Positions 1 to 9,167 of a DNA stretch of 64,000 nt are shown piece by piece. Source of the stretch: Bdellovibrio sp. (lineage in GTDB: Bacteria; Bdellovibrionota; Bdellovibrionia; Bdellovibrionales; Bdellovibrionaceae); the NCBI GenBank assembly GCA_036677065.1, contig JAKFBS010000003.1, positions 96,001 to 160,000 of the forward strand. The letters are read 5' to 3'. Under the pieces are notes generated by a model. The model had not been told where the DNA came from and searched no databases. It was given only the letters and a program-made list of their open reading frames with translations. Positions within the stretch are counted from its first letter, which is position 1. Each line of letters opens with the position of its first letter. Position numbers and translations under genes: made by a program.

Positions 1-1
1 G

Positions 2-61
2 AATTACAATAATACGGCGACTTATGATGTGGACACTCGAACCATGGTTTGGATTAAGTAA
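2..61 (+). CDS. 3' end of a CDS truncated by the window edge (…NYNNTATYDVDTRTMVWIK*)
   Basis: Open frame from base 2 to TAA at 59-61; too short to assign. Confidence 0.35.
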   Translation, partial: NYNNTATYDVDTRTMVWIK

Positions 62-209
62 ATAGGTGAATATTTACTTAAATGGAGAGTACTTTCGTCT
101 AGGGTATCATCAAAAACTGGTTTGAAAATCTAAATTTTTGTCTAGAATTGATGTAGTGTTAATATGAGTCGCGATAAAGAAAAGGAAAATGCAGATTGGA
201 TTTTGCTTT

Positions 210-1157
210 ATGAAAGTAAAATTTTGGGGAGTTCGTGGATCGCTTCCGAGCAGTTCGAGCCCAATTGAAGCAAAAGAGCAATTCGCTCTTTTGATGCGCG
301 AGTTTTTGGATAAAGGTTATAAAACCCCGACTGAAATTGATAAATTTCTTTCTGAAAAAAAACTTGTCGATATCAGCGGTTACGGTGTTGCAACAACTTG
401 TGTTGAAGTTCAAGGTGACGATCAAACTATTATTATCGATGGTGGCAGCGGCATTAAATACCTTAGCGATGCGTTGGCGAAAAATCGTTTTACGAAAAAA
501 GAATATCACATCTTAATTACTCATTTTCATTTTGATCATATTCTTGGCTTACCTTTCTTTGCGCCGCATTTTATTCCTGGTTGCACGGTCAAATATTATT
601 GTGTGCAGCCTGAATGTGAAAAAATTGTGCGCGATCTATTTCAGAAGCCGATTTTTCCGGTGGGTTATGAAGATCTTAAAGCGAATATTCAATTTATTAA
701 GTTATCTCCGCATGAAAAGCGCTACATCAATGGCTTTGCGGTAACGCCGTACTTGCTGGATCATCCAGATCCTTGTTATGGTTTTCGTATCGAACATGGC
801 GGTAAAGCTTATGGGCATGCTGTCGACACTGAAGCTACGCGCGTAACTCGTGAAGAATTAGGCAAAGATGCAGGTCTTTACGAGAATTTAGATTTGATGT
901 ATATCGATGCGCAGTACGAAGAAGAAGAAATGAACCATAAAAAAGGTTGGGGCCATGGAACTTTTGAAAGAGCTTTTAATCTTTGCGGGAATTTTGCTAT
1001 TAAACAAGTATACATGGCTCACTATGATCCTTCTGCTAGTCTTCAGGATATTCAGAAAATCAAAGAAAGAGCTGGCGCTGCCTTTGAAAAACATCCCGCT
1101 AAAAAAACGACTACTTGGGATTTCGCCTTCGAAACTCAAGAAGTCGAATTAGAATAA
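210..1157 (+). CDS. MBL-fold metallo-hydrolase (RNase Z/BN-like, phosphodiesterase family)
   Basis: Typical N-terminus MKVKFWGVRGS; IDGGSG; HFHFDH metal motif; later H, D and WGH/HYDP motifs. Start moved from 189 to ATG 210. Confidence 0.85.
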   Translation: MKVKFWGVRGSLPSSSSPIEAKEQFALLMREFLDKGYKTPTEIDKFLSEKKLVDISGYGVATTCVEVQGDDQTIIIDGGSGIKYLSDALAKNRFTKKEYHILITHFHFDHILGLPFFAPHFIPGCTVKYYCVQPECEKIVRDLFQKPIFPVGYEDLKANIQFIKLSPHEKRYINGFAVTPYLLDHPDPCYGFRIEHGGKAYGHAVDTEATRVTREELGKDAGLYENLDLMYIDAQYEEEEMNHKKGWGHGTFERAFNLCGNFAIKQVYMAHYDPSASLQDIQKIKERAGAAFEKHPAKKTTTWDFAFETQEVELE

Positions 1158-1175
1158 TTTATCAGGAGAATTTAA

Positions 1176-1736
1176 ATGAAATTATCTATAGCATTACTTC
1201 TTACGGCTTTTGCGTTTGGTTGCGCAACTTCAAATAAGACTCAAAAAGTCGTTCAAACAAAATCAGGAAGAACTATTGCTCAAGCCAAGATAGCGCCTGG
1301 TGGTAAGTTAAATTTCTATAGTTGCAAATCAGGTTTCATGCAAAGTTCAAAAACTATTGATAAAAGTAATTGCGAGCTGGTTTCTGATATCAACATAGGT
1401 ACGGTTTTGTCAGACAGCACGGCTAACTCAAAAACCATTTATTCTTTAGAGCATGTTTCAGTTAACGTTGATAATACCTGGGTAAAATGCGACGGAGAAA
1501 ATGAAAGCTGCATTACCAGCGGTGATGCTTGGGACTGGGAAAAAGTAAGCTATTTTGACTTCAGTGATACACAAAGCAGCGAACTTGCGCAGAAATTGAA
1601 AACGGCTTACGCAAATAATAAAGGTGTATCTTTATATTTTAATAAGAGCCAAGTAAAAAAAGATTCAGTTGGCAGCCAGGATACTAAAGATTCTTATGGG
1701 CTTCAGAAAGCTCAACTTTTAATTGAAGAAAACTAA
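1176..1736 (+). CDS. hypothetical lipoprotein
   Basis: AGGAG SD; signal peptide with lipobox AFGC. Confidence 0.75.
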   Translation: MKLSIALLLTAFAFGCATSNKTQKVVQTKSGRTIAQAKIAPGGKLNFYSCKSGFMQSSKTIDKSNCELVSDINIGTVLSDSTANSKTIYSLEHVSVNVDNTWVKCDGENESCITSGDAWDWEKVSYFDFSDTQSSELAQKLKTAYANNKGVSLYFNKSQVKKDSVGSQDTKDSYGLQKAQLLIEEN

Positions 1737-1740
1737 GCTT

Positions 1741-1755
1741 GTCTCAATCTGAGAC
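1741..1755. promoter_or_regulatory. palindrome GTCTCA-N3-TGAGAC, candidate activator/enhancer site
   Basis: Perfect inverted repeat ~100 bp upstream of a sigma54-like promoter; variants at 8989, 9053, 35568, 42215. Confidence 0.45.
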
Positions 1756-1857
1756 TGGCTATTGTTCGCCGTAAATAACAGCTGACTAGCAATTAATGGC
1801 CGCGGTCTTTTCTGGCCGCCGCTATCCCTACTAAATTCATTTCTATCTAATTTTATC

Positions 1858-1872
1858 TGGCCTATGTTTGGC
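1858..1872 (+). promoter_or_regulatory. sigma54-type -24/-12 promoter for the 1920 gene
   Basis: TGGCCTATGTTTGGC fits GG-N10-GC. Confidence 0.45.
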
Positions 1873-1919
1873 AATATCTTCTTTTGTTAGAAAATTGAAA
1901 GTTTTCAAAAGGAGTTTTT

Positions 1920-2447
1920 ATGAAAAGTATTTTATTAGCTGCAACGGTTCTATTGTCTTTAAACAGCTTTGCTGAAGGGATCCAAGACGAATTGGGTCGC
2001 GAAGAAAAACTTTTTGCTTTTCAAACGATCGCTAATTTCTTACCTAAAGGCGAATTCAGAGGTCACATTGTCGGTGTATCGAAACATCCTTTTAATGTTC
2101 ACAGATGTGTTGGCGGAGTTTTCTCAGTTAATCCAGAAACACTTTCATCGTCACTTCGCGAAAACAAAGCTTTTCCATTAGAGGCTTTCTTAGATAGTTA
2201 TCATCCAAATCCAGTAGGCATCACTTTTATGTCGATTGATGATAAAATCACACAAGCAAGCTTTTCTGAAACAAAAGTATCGATCACAGCTGTAGATAGA
2301 AAAGATGGTTCTTCTGAAATTTTAGAAGTTGAAAAAACTAAAAAAAATCACGCGATTGTTATGGTCACTTATGTAAGACCGAATGGTGATGTTTTTAAAA
2401 ATGGGTGTGATCTTGATCTGGATAAAGAATACAAAGGTAACGACTAA
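1920..2447 (+). CDS. secreted hypothetical protein
   Basis: AAGGAG SD; Sec signal peptide MKSILLAATVLLSLNSFA. Confidence 0.75.
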   Translation: MKSILLAATVLLSLNSFAEGIQDELGREEKLFAFQTIANFLPKGEFRGHIVGVSKHPFNVHRCVGGVFSVNPETLSSSLRENKAFPLEAFLDSYHPNPVGITFMSIDDKITQASFSETKVSITAVDRKDGSSEILEVEKTKKNHAIVMVTYVRPNGDVFKNGCDLDLDKEYKGND

Positions 2448-2448
2448 A

Positions 2449-4686
2449 CTACTTTTCAAAAATTAAATTAATTTTTTTCTGGTCTACTGTTGATTCAACT
2501 TCTTTGCTTTCAACAGTATCGGGCCAAACAAAATCGCTATCTGAATCTGATTCAGTGATTTGTTTCATAAAGTTTGTCCAGATCGGTACGGCGGCACCAC
2601 CGCCAGTTAGCGCTGTTGCCAAGCTTTGATCAAAACCAATCCATACAATCGCTGTTGTGCTCGGAGTAAACCCAGCAAACCAAGCGTCTTTTCCGTCAGA
2701 CGTGGTTCCAGTCTTGCCTGCAGATGGTTTTTTAAATCCAGATAAAGAAACATACTTGGCAGTACCAGATTGCATCGTTTCTTTCATCATTCCCACAAGA
2801 ACTGCTGTTTTTGTTTTATCAGATTTGCTTTCGGGTTTTGGTTCAAAGTTCGCAGTTGATTCAAAAAGTAATTTTCCTGAATCATCGAAAGCCTTTTCAA
2901 TAAAGGATAATTTAATCTGGTCACCAAAACGTGAAATATTGCTGTAAGCTTGTAGCACTTCAAGGGGTGTATGCTGGCTTGATCCCAGTGAAGTCGCAGG
3001 CAACGGCGTCATATCTGAAGTTAACCCAAGCAGATGCGATAATTCGATGACTTTTTCAATCCCAACCTGATGGGCAATTTGTGCCGTCGGAGAATTCAAA
3101 CTTTCTTTTAAGGCAAAAAAGTAAGGAATCTCGCCGCGAAATTTTTTATCGTAGTTTTCTGGCTTCCAGGTTTTACGGTTATTATCGAACTTCCACTCGA
3201 ACGCTTGATCATTTAGAGTGGTTGTCGGCGTTACCGATGATTCATCTGTTAACCCATATTGCAAACCCGATAGGTAAACAAAGGGCTTAATCAGTGAGCC
3301 CACTTGGCGTTTGGCATAAAGAGCGCGGTTAAACTGCGATTGACGAAAATTTTGCCCGCCGACAAAGGCAGTGACAAAGCCAGATTGATTATCTGTCGCT
3401 AAAACTACGCCCTGAAGTTCTAAACCATTGGCTTTTTTCTTAATTAAAGATTTTTTTGTCTCGGTTAGATTTTTAATTCCAGATTGTAAGGCTTTTTGTG
3501 CGGTTTCTTGGATTGTCAGATCAAGGCTTGTGTAAAATGTCGTGCCCTCAATTGTAAGTCCAAGTTCTGTGGCTTGTTTTCTAACGGCTTCGAAATAGTA
3601 CGGAGCCGTTTCTGTCGCTTTCACAACTGCCGGCGCTGGCATCATATATTCATTTGCTTTTTTAAACTCATCTTCGGTGATCAGTTTAAGTTCTTTCATC
3701 TTTGATAACACTAACTGACGGCGAATTTTTGCTTTTTCGGTTTTTTTCCATGGGTTGTTTAAGCCTGGATTATTAACGATGGCAGCCAGCAGCGCACATT
3801 CTGATAAATTTAGCTTTGTAATCGTTTTACCAAAATAATATTGGCTGGCCGCGCCAAAACCACGCACTTGAAAAGCTCCACTTTGCCCCATGTAGATCAC
3901 ATTCAAATAAGTCTGTAAAATTTCATCCTTGCTCCACTTAGATTCAAGTTTTACGGCCATGTAAAGTTCTTTGGCTTTGCGTGAATAAGTTTTTTCTGGA
4001 GTTAGAAAATAATTTTTCACTAACTGTTGCGTGATCGTTGATCCACCTTGGGCTTTTCGTAAAGCTATAATATTTTTTACGGCAGCCCGGGCAAGGCCCA
4101 TGATGCTGATGCCTGAGTGATCTAAAAAATCATTATCTTCGATGGCGATTACGGCATTCAAACACTGAACCGGATAATTGGCCAATTTAAGCTCTTCTTG
4201 CATCAGCGGTTCGTTGTTGCGAAACTGCGCCACCATTACCGGATCAGTTTGCGCCGATGTCACAACACGCGTCGGGTCAGCTTTGAAAATTTGCTGAATG
4301 GTGTTTTGGTAAATCACAGCCACATAAGAATCTTCAGCAGATCCGTTCTTCCAGTGAAAACATGTGGAATCCTGCATCAGAGAAATGCCAAATAAGTTGC
4401 TGCAGGCTTGCGCTTGTAGGGTGATGAAATCTCCGGCTAAAATGACCTGATCTTCTGCTCTTTCGCGGTAACCTTTGTCTAAAAAGCTCTTCTGCACAGC
4501 TTTTGCATCGAATTTCTGGTTAATTTTGTACGAAAGCCCTCTGGCATAGTACTTTGTCGATTGTAAAATGGCTTGCGAAGAGAGTTTGCTTTCAAACTCC
4601 TCTTGTATATCAATGGCGCTGACGCTTAAAGATATTGCGCTTGTAAGAATAAAAAAACTGGTCTTTAATATCGAATAAAAGGACAT
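2449..4686 (-). CDS. mrcB: class A penicillin-binding protein (PBP1b-like transglycosylase/transpeptidase)
   Basis: GT51 motifs EDNDF..H.G, GGSTITQQLVKN, RK.KE; transpeptidase SLIK, SLN, KTG. Confidence 0.9.
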   Translation of the reverse strand: MSFYSILKTSFFILTSAISLSVSAIDIQEEFESKLSSQAILQSTKYYARGLSYKINQKFDAKAVQKSFLDKGYRERAEDQVILAGDFITLQAQACSNLFGISLMQDSTCFHWKNGSAEDSYVAVIYQNTIQQIFKADPTRVVTSAQTDPVMVAQFRNNEPLMQEELKLANYPVQCLNAVIAIEDNDFLDHSGISIMGLARAAVKNIIALRKAQGGSTITQQLVKNYFLTPEKTYSRKAKELYMAVKLESKWSKDEILQTYLNVIYMGQSGAFQVRGFGAASQYYFGKTITKLNLSECALLAAIVNNPGLNNPWKKTEKAKIRRQLVLSKMKELKLITEDEFKKANEYMMPAPAVVKATETAPYYFEAVRKQATELGLTIEGTTFYTSLDLTIQETAQKALQSGIKNLTETKKSLIKKKANGLELQGVVLATDNQSGFVTAFVGGQNFRQSQFNRALYAKRQVGSLIKPFVYLSGLQYGLTDESSVTPTTTLNDQAFEWKFDNNRKTWKPENYDKKFRGEIPYFFALKESLNSPTAQIAHQVGIEKVIELSHLLGLTSDMTPLPATSLGSSQHTPLEVLQAYSNISRFGDQIKLSFIEKAFDDSGKLLFESTANFEPKPESKSDKTKTAVLVGMMKETMQSGTAKYVSLSGFKKPSAGKTGTTSDGKDAWFAGFTPSTTAIVWIGFDQSLATALTGGGAAVPIWTNFMKQITESDSDSDFVWPDTVESKEVESTVDQKKINLIFEK

Positions 4687-4697
4687 AAGTAATTACA

Positions 4698-4976
4698 ATG
4701 ATGAAGCTATCTGCAAGTCAAATACAAAGACTGTCTGAAAAAATCTTAAAAGAGTGGAAAACAAATAATCTAATCACGTTAAAGGTTGAAGAATCTAAAG
4801 TACTTCAAGCCATGAAAGACGCCATCAACGTAGAGTTGCAGGCTGAAATTGCATTAGAAAAAGATGTTCATGCTTTGATGGATCACATGGAACGCGAAGG
4901 CCAAGAATTTCAACGCGGCAAGATGTTTAATTTACTAAAAATGAAATTAGCCAAAGAGAAAAAGGTGATCTTATGA
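4698..4976 (+). CDS. DUF507-like protein
   Basis: MKLS..QI..L start and K.KLAKE..VIL end typical of DUF507; ATGA overlap with next gene. Confidence 0.7.
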   Translation: MMKLSASQIQRLSEKILKEWKTNNLITLKVEESKVLQAMKDAINVELQAEIALEKDVHALMDHMEREGQEFQRGKMFNLLKMKLAKEKKVIL

Positions 4977-5242
4977 TTCTTTCTGAAGAACGTATTGGCC
5001 ACTGGGCTAAAGTTATCACCGATAAAGTTTGGGGCGATGATATCGTCGACTTTACGGATGATGATCAAGCTTTAGTTGCTGCAAGAAGAGCTATTGTTCT
5101 ATTTGTTCGTGAAGATGCAGAAATTGATACCAAAGCCCGTGAAAAAGTAGCGTCTCTAAAACGCAATGTCATGGAAGGCACCTCGGAATGGGAAATTATG
5201 TACAAGAAATATTATGAAGAGGAGAAAAACCGTCGTGGCTAA
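4973..5242 (+). CDS. DUF507-like protein
   Basis: REKVASLKRNV.EGT.EWEIMYKKYYEEE C-terminal signature. Confidence 0.75.
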   Translation: MILSEERIGHWAKVITDKVWGDDIVDFTDDDQALVAARRAIVLFVREDAEIDTKAREKVASLKRNVMEGTSEWEIMYKKYYEEEKNRRG

Positions 5243-5810
5243 GAAAACGAAAAAACCAGTTAAAAAAGCTCCAGCTAAAAAGGCGACTGCGAAACCTAAA
5301 GCTAAGGCAAAGCCAGTTAAAAAAGCTGCGAAAAAACCTACAGCGAAGAAGGCCTCTAAAAAGGCAATTCCTAAGAAAGCTGTTAAAAAATCTGCTCCAG
5401 TTAAGAAGGCTGTAAAAGCTAAACCTGCAAAAAAAGTTACGGCAAAAAAAGCAGTAACAAAAGCTCCAGCTGCTAAAGTAAGTCCTGTTAGGCCAATAGT
5501 AAAAGTTGATTACACAAAAGCCATTACTCCATTGGGTGATCGTTTAGTGATTCGTTTAGTTAAAACTGAAAAAGTGTCTCCGGGTGGATTAATTCTTCCG
5601 GATTCAATGTCTTCAACTGAAGGTTACCTTAAAGGTGAAGTTCTAGCTGCGGGTCATGGCACTTATACTAAAAAAGGCCACCACAAACTGCTTGATGTAA
5701 AAATCGGTGACACGGTTTTATTCAATGAATATTCAAGCACTAAAGTTAAATTTAATAATGAAGATCTACATATCGTGCACGAGAATGAAATTCTTGGTGT
5801 GACAGAATAA
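5235..5810 (+). CDS. groES: GroES co-chaperonin with N-terminal Lys/Ala/Pro-rich histone-H1-like extension
   Basis: PLGDRLVI, GGLILPDS mobile loop, GEVLAAG.G, VKIGDTVLF..Y, ENEILG; GTG 5235 follows GAGGAG and is in frame. Confidence 0.85.
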   Translation: MAKKTKKPVKKAPAKKATAKPKAKAKPVKKAAKKPTAKKASKKAIPKKAVKKSAPVKKAVKAKPAKKVTAKKAVTKAPAAKVSPVRPIVKVDYTKAITPLGDRLVIRLVKTEKVSPGGLILPDSMSSTEGYLKGEVLAAGHGTYTKKGHHKLLDVKIGDTVLFNEYSSTKVKFNNEDLHIVHENEILGVTE

Positions 5811-5824
5811 TAAGGGGACTAACG

Positions 5825-7234
5825 ATGAAACTTTCACAACTTTTTGTAGCTGCATTACTTGTATCACAAACTGCGGCCGCTATTTCGATTGATTGGACTG
5901 GTGGCTACCGCGCTGAATACACTGGTGTAAATAGCACTTCTTTGGCAAATCAGAAATTAGGCAAAAGCTACGCACTTAATTTTTTATACTTACAACCTCG
6001 CATCATCGGTTCTGATGGCATCAATATCCACAGTCGTTTTGATGTGATGGCAAGCCAATTGCCAGCTTATAAAAACTCACAAATGGGTTCGATCATCGGT
6101 ACAGGATTAAATGATGGTTCAGCTGGCGCAAATGGAACAAATGCGACTTCGCAAAACCAAAATTCATCTTCTATTCAAGTTAGCCAATTATATTTAAACG
6201 TAAATCATGAATATGGTTCGTTATTAGTTGGTCGCGCTCCGGTTGAATTCGGTATTGGTATCACACATAACGCGGGTAAAGGCCAATTTGATCACTGGAT
6301 GGATACGAAAGAAGTTATTTCGTACCGTTTTGTTGTTGATAACTTATCAATTGCGCCAATGATTGCGCGTGTATCACAAGATGATTTCGGTGGTGGCGTA
6401 GCAACTGACCAAATCTATATTTTAGAGTACAATAATAAAGATGCAGGTTCGCGTGCAGGGTTATTTCATCAGACACGTTCTGCAGGGCCAGCCTACAATG
6501 ATTACGGTGCGGCTGAATTGCCAAGTGGCGTTACATCTGCAACTACAGGTTTAAAAACTCAAACAGTTAATATTTTCTTAGAAAGAAAATGGTCTGCGTT
6601 TGAATTTAAAATCGAAGCCAGCTTCTTAACTGGTAACACAGGTGTAACAAACGCTGCAGCTGCAGAAATCAAAGTTGATTCATACGCAGTTGTTATGGAA
6701 GGTTTATTTCCTCCGGGCGAAAGCTCTTGGGAATATTCTGGTAAAGCCGGTGTTGTCAGTGGTGATAACCCAGATACAGCAGACACTTACGAAGGTTACA
6801 TCTTAGATCGCAATTATGATTTAGGATTTTTATTATTTAATCACCGTTTAGGTTCAGCAGACATTATCGGAACATCTCCGCTGCATGCAAATGATGGGGC
6901 AAGTGGTTTAAGTACGCAAAATTCTGCAGATGATGAAGCCGTAACAAATGCGATGTTCTTAGCACCCACTGTGAAGTATGCTTACGATGATCAAGTCGAT
7001 CTAAAGGCAACGATTGTTTACGCTCAATTAATGAATGCAAAGAAATTTGTAGACATGAAAAAAGACTTGGGCCTAGAATTAGATGTAGAGCTTGTCTATA
7101 AACCGCGTGAACGCGTAACGTGGTCGACAGGTTTAGGAGTGTTGTTTCCCGGTGCCGCTTGGGAAGGTGGAACAAACAGCTTCGATAGTAAGACAACATA
7201 TGGATTAACGACTAGAGCCGCCATCACCTTTTAA
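5825..7234 (+). CDS. outer-membrane beta-barrel protein (TIGR04551-like)
   Basis: Signal peptide, amphipathic strands, G.LLVGRAP..FG.GI..N.G motif, terminal Phe. Confidence 0.7.
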   Translation: MKLSQLFVAALLVSQTAAAISIDWTGGYRAEYTGVNSTSLANQKLGKSYALNFLYLQPRIIGSDGINIHSRFDVMASQLPAYKNSQMGSIIGTGLNDGSAGANGTNATSQNQNSSSIQVSQLYLNVNHEYGSLLVGRAPVEFGIGITHNAGKGQFDHWMDTKEVISYRFVVDNLSIAPMIARVSQDDFGGGVATDQIYILEYNNKDAGSRAGLFHQTRSAGPAYNDYGAAELPSGVTSATTGLKTQTVNIFLERKWSAFEFKIEASFLTGNTGVTNAAAAEIKVDSYAVVMEGLFPPGESSWEYSGKAGVVSGDNPDTADTYEGYILDRNYDLGFLLFNHRLGSADIIGTSPLHANDGASGLSTQNSADDEAVTNAMFLAPTVKYAYDDQVDLKATIVYAQLMNAKKFVDMKKDLGLELDVELVYKPRERVTWSTGLGVLFPGAAWEGGTNSFDSKTTYGLTTRAAITF

Positions 7235-7240
7235 GATTAC

Positions 7241-7360
7241 TTACAACGTGATGACAGCATGTACGACAGCTTAGGATGACAACTTGAACACAGAATGTGT
7301 ACTACAGCTGGTGATGTTGGCTTGAGCAGGGCCGGCGGGGGGAAACTCCCGCCGGATTTT
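7241..7360 (+). ncRNA. candidate small RNA or structured 3'UTR with six ACARC-type repeats and a terminal GNRA hairpin
   Basis: ACAAC/ACAGC/ACAGA at 7243, 7254, 7266, 7279, 7290, 7304; hairpin at 7332-7355. Confidence 0.3.
7332..7360 (+). terminator. GC-rich hairpin / probable intrinsic terminator
   Basis: CCGGCGGGGG-GAAA-CTCCCGCCGG followed by ATTTT. Confidence 0.6.
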
Positions 7361-7412
7361 CGAAAAGCTAAACGCCGCAGTAAGACAACAAGTTTAAGTT
7401 TCTAAACAAACG

Positions 7413-7446
7413 AAAAAAGCCAACTTGTTACGGTTGGCTTTTTTTT
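7413..7446. terminator. bidirectional intrinsic terminator
   Basis: AAAAAAGCCAAC-N8-GTTGGCTTTTTTTT between convergent genes. Confidence 0.85.
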
Positions 7447-7470
7447 ATTTAAATTCAAATTTCGTAAATC

Positions 7471-8943
7471 TTAGTTGTTACCCATCGTGCGAGCACCGCG
7501 AGTGCCACCGTTTGAAGTGTTTGAAGGCGCACCTACGCGAACTCCAGACGAAGAGTTGTCTAAGAAACTCCATTGTGGAGGGTTCGAAGCTCCAACTTTA
7601 GTCGTTGTTGTAGCTTGACCGCGAGTACCAGCATTTGGAATCGAAGTTGGAGTTCCTGTTGTTGCACCACCGCGAGTGTTACCGCGAGTTGGATTTTCAA
7701 CTTTTTCAGGAGTCGTCGTTGTACCCGTTGAACCTTGAACACCCATTGAAGCAAATAAACTCTTCATTTGTGGCATGTAGTTTGTTTGGTAGTATCTAGA
7801 AAAGCTAGTGTCTTCAGAGAAAGCATCAGATGTGCGTGCTGCTGCCGAGTAAACATCAACCATTTGTCCAAGTTCAGTTTGAGCTTGTTGCGCTTCGCCC
7901 ATTAATTGTAAGTACTCTCCGGCTTGTTGCGGTTTGTTTTTTAATGTATCAGCCAATTTGTACTGTTGGTTGATAGCTTGAGCGCGAGTTTTAGTTTCGT
8001 TTTGAATTGCCGTTAAAATATTTTGGCGAATTACACCGTACTCAGAAGGTAAACCGTCGAATACATCTTGTAATGTGCTCATAGCTTGTTGTGGCGTGAT
8101 TTCATTATTGAATAACATTTTGCTTAACTCAGCGCCTACTACGTTTTTAAAGTAACGTTGTGCTACGCTTGCAGGAATCGCGTTACGGCCAGAGTAGCGA
8201 GAAGCAGCGTTGTTAAATTCACGAGTTAAACACTCTAATTTAGTTTCAGAAGTAGTCACTTCGCAACGGTCTTTGATATCATCCATTTTATCTTCGAATT
8301 TAGCGATACGGTCTTCTTTTTTAACTCTTTCTTTTTCATTTTTAACACATTTTAAACGGTCACGTTTTTGCGTGCGAGTTTCAGGCTTACCGTCTTCAGT
8401 AAAATCACAGTCATAGTCAGCCTCAGCAGCCGCTACAACTGTAGCTGAAGCAGTCACTGCCGCAGCAACTTGAGACGTTGGAGCTACGCGAGAAGTAGCA
8501 GAAACTAAGTTTGCAGCAAATTTTTCTAATGTAGCCATATCTAAGACCACTGATTTACAAGAACCATCAGCGCATGTGCCTGTAGCTAAGACTTTACCTT
8601 CACGCATGAAGTTAACTTCTTTACCTGTGTTGTCTACCGCTGGTTTTTCTGCAGTTTTTGGTAATGCCGTTGGTGAAACAACAGCCGTAGGTGAAACTGT
8701 AGCAGTTGGTGATACTGATTTAGTAGTTACAGTAGGTGAAGCTGAAGTTGTAGTTACTGTTGAAGTGCCGCGAGTTCCGCGTGCTCCGCCAGATGTTTCA
8801 GCCGCTGTTAGAGACATTTCAAAAACTCCACTGTTTTCTAAATCAGCTACAACTAAAGAGTTAGTTTGAAAACTGTAGTTAGCACCAAGAACCGCTAGTA
8901 AGGCAGTTGTTAATAACCATTTTGGGGCTTGTTGATGTTTCAT
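7471..8943 (-). CDS. secreted/membrane-anchored hypothetical protein with low-complexity termini
   Basis: GGAGG SD before ATG 8943; hydrophobic N-terminus; T/S/P-rich linkers; helical core with Cys pairs. Confidence 0.75.
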   Translation of the reverse strand: MKHQQAPKWLLTTALLAVLGANYSFQTNSLVVADLENSGVFEMSLTAAETSGGARGTRGTSTVTTTSASPTVTTKSVSPTATVSPTAVVSPTALPKTAEKPAVDNTGKEVNFMREGKVLATGTCADGSCKSVVLDMATLEKFAANLVSATSRVAPTSQVAAAVTASATVVAAAEADYDCDFTEDGKPETRTQKRDRLKCVKNEKERVKKEDRIAKFEDKMDDIKDRCEVTTSETKLECLTREFNNAASRYSGRNAIPASVAQRYFKNVVGAELSKMLFNNEITPQQAMSTLQDVFDGLPSEYGVIRQNILTAIQNETKTRAQAINQQYKLADTLKNKPQQAGEYLQLMGEAQQAQTELGQMVDVYSAAARTSDAFSEDTSFSRYYQTNYMPQMKSLFASMGVQGSTGTTTTPEKVENPTRGNTRGGATTGTPTSIPNAGTRGQATTTTKVGASNPPQWSFLDNSSSGVRVGAPSNTSNGGTRGARTMGNN

Positions 8944-8972
8944 ATGTCCTCCGTTTGATAATGAACATAATT

Positions 8973-8987
8973 GCGAACCTGGCACCA
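8973..8987 (-). promoter_or_regulatory. sigma54-type promoter for the 8943 gene
   Basis: Minus strand TGGTGCCAGGTTCGC (GG-N10-GC); palindrome variant GTTTCA-CTC-TGAGAC at 9053-9067 upstream. Confidence 0.4.
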
Positions 8988-9132
8988 TGTCTTAGACTGA
9001 GTCATAAGCTACAAGTGCTGAATATCAGAGGGAAATTGACGATTTTTTTTTCGTTTCACTCTGAGACTGGTGTCAAACTTCATGTTTGGAACAAAAAAAG
9101 TCATACAGAGCCTGTGTCAGAGTAAAGAAAAC

Positions 9133-9160
9133 TAAAGAGTGACACCCAAGATCACGATGA
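9133..9160 (+). promoter_or_regulatory. possible sigma28 (FliA) promoter
   Basis: TAAAG-N15-CACGATGA, 7 nt before ATG 9168. Confidence 0.35.
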
Positions 9161-9167
9161 TGAATAC

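Noticed and set aside
5166..5234. ORF-track start of groES at 5166 (similar over-extensions at 189, 8988, 12060, 28057, 51403, 53220)
   Set aside because: SD position, homology start or lipobox spacing favour downstream starts
7241..7320. CRISPR array, c-di-GMP riboswitch or Thr leader peptide (MTACTTA*)
   Set aside because: Repeats are too short with no spacers or cas genes; no GEMM consensus; no downstream co-directional gene to attenuate
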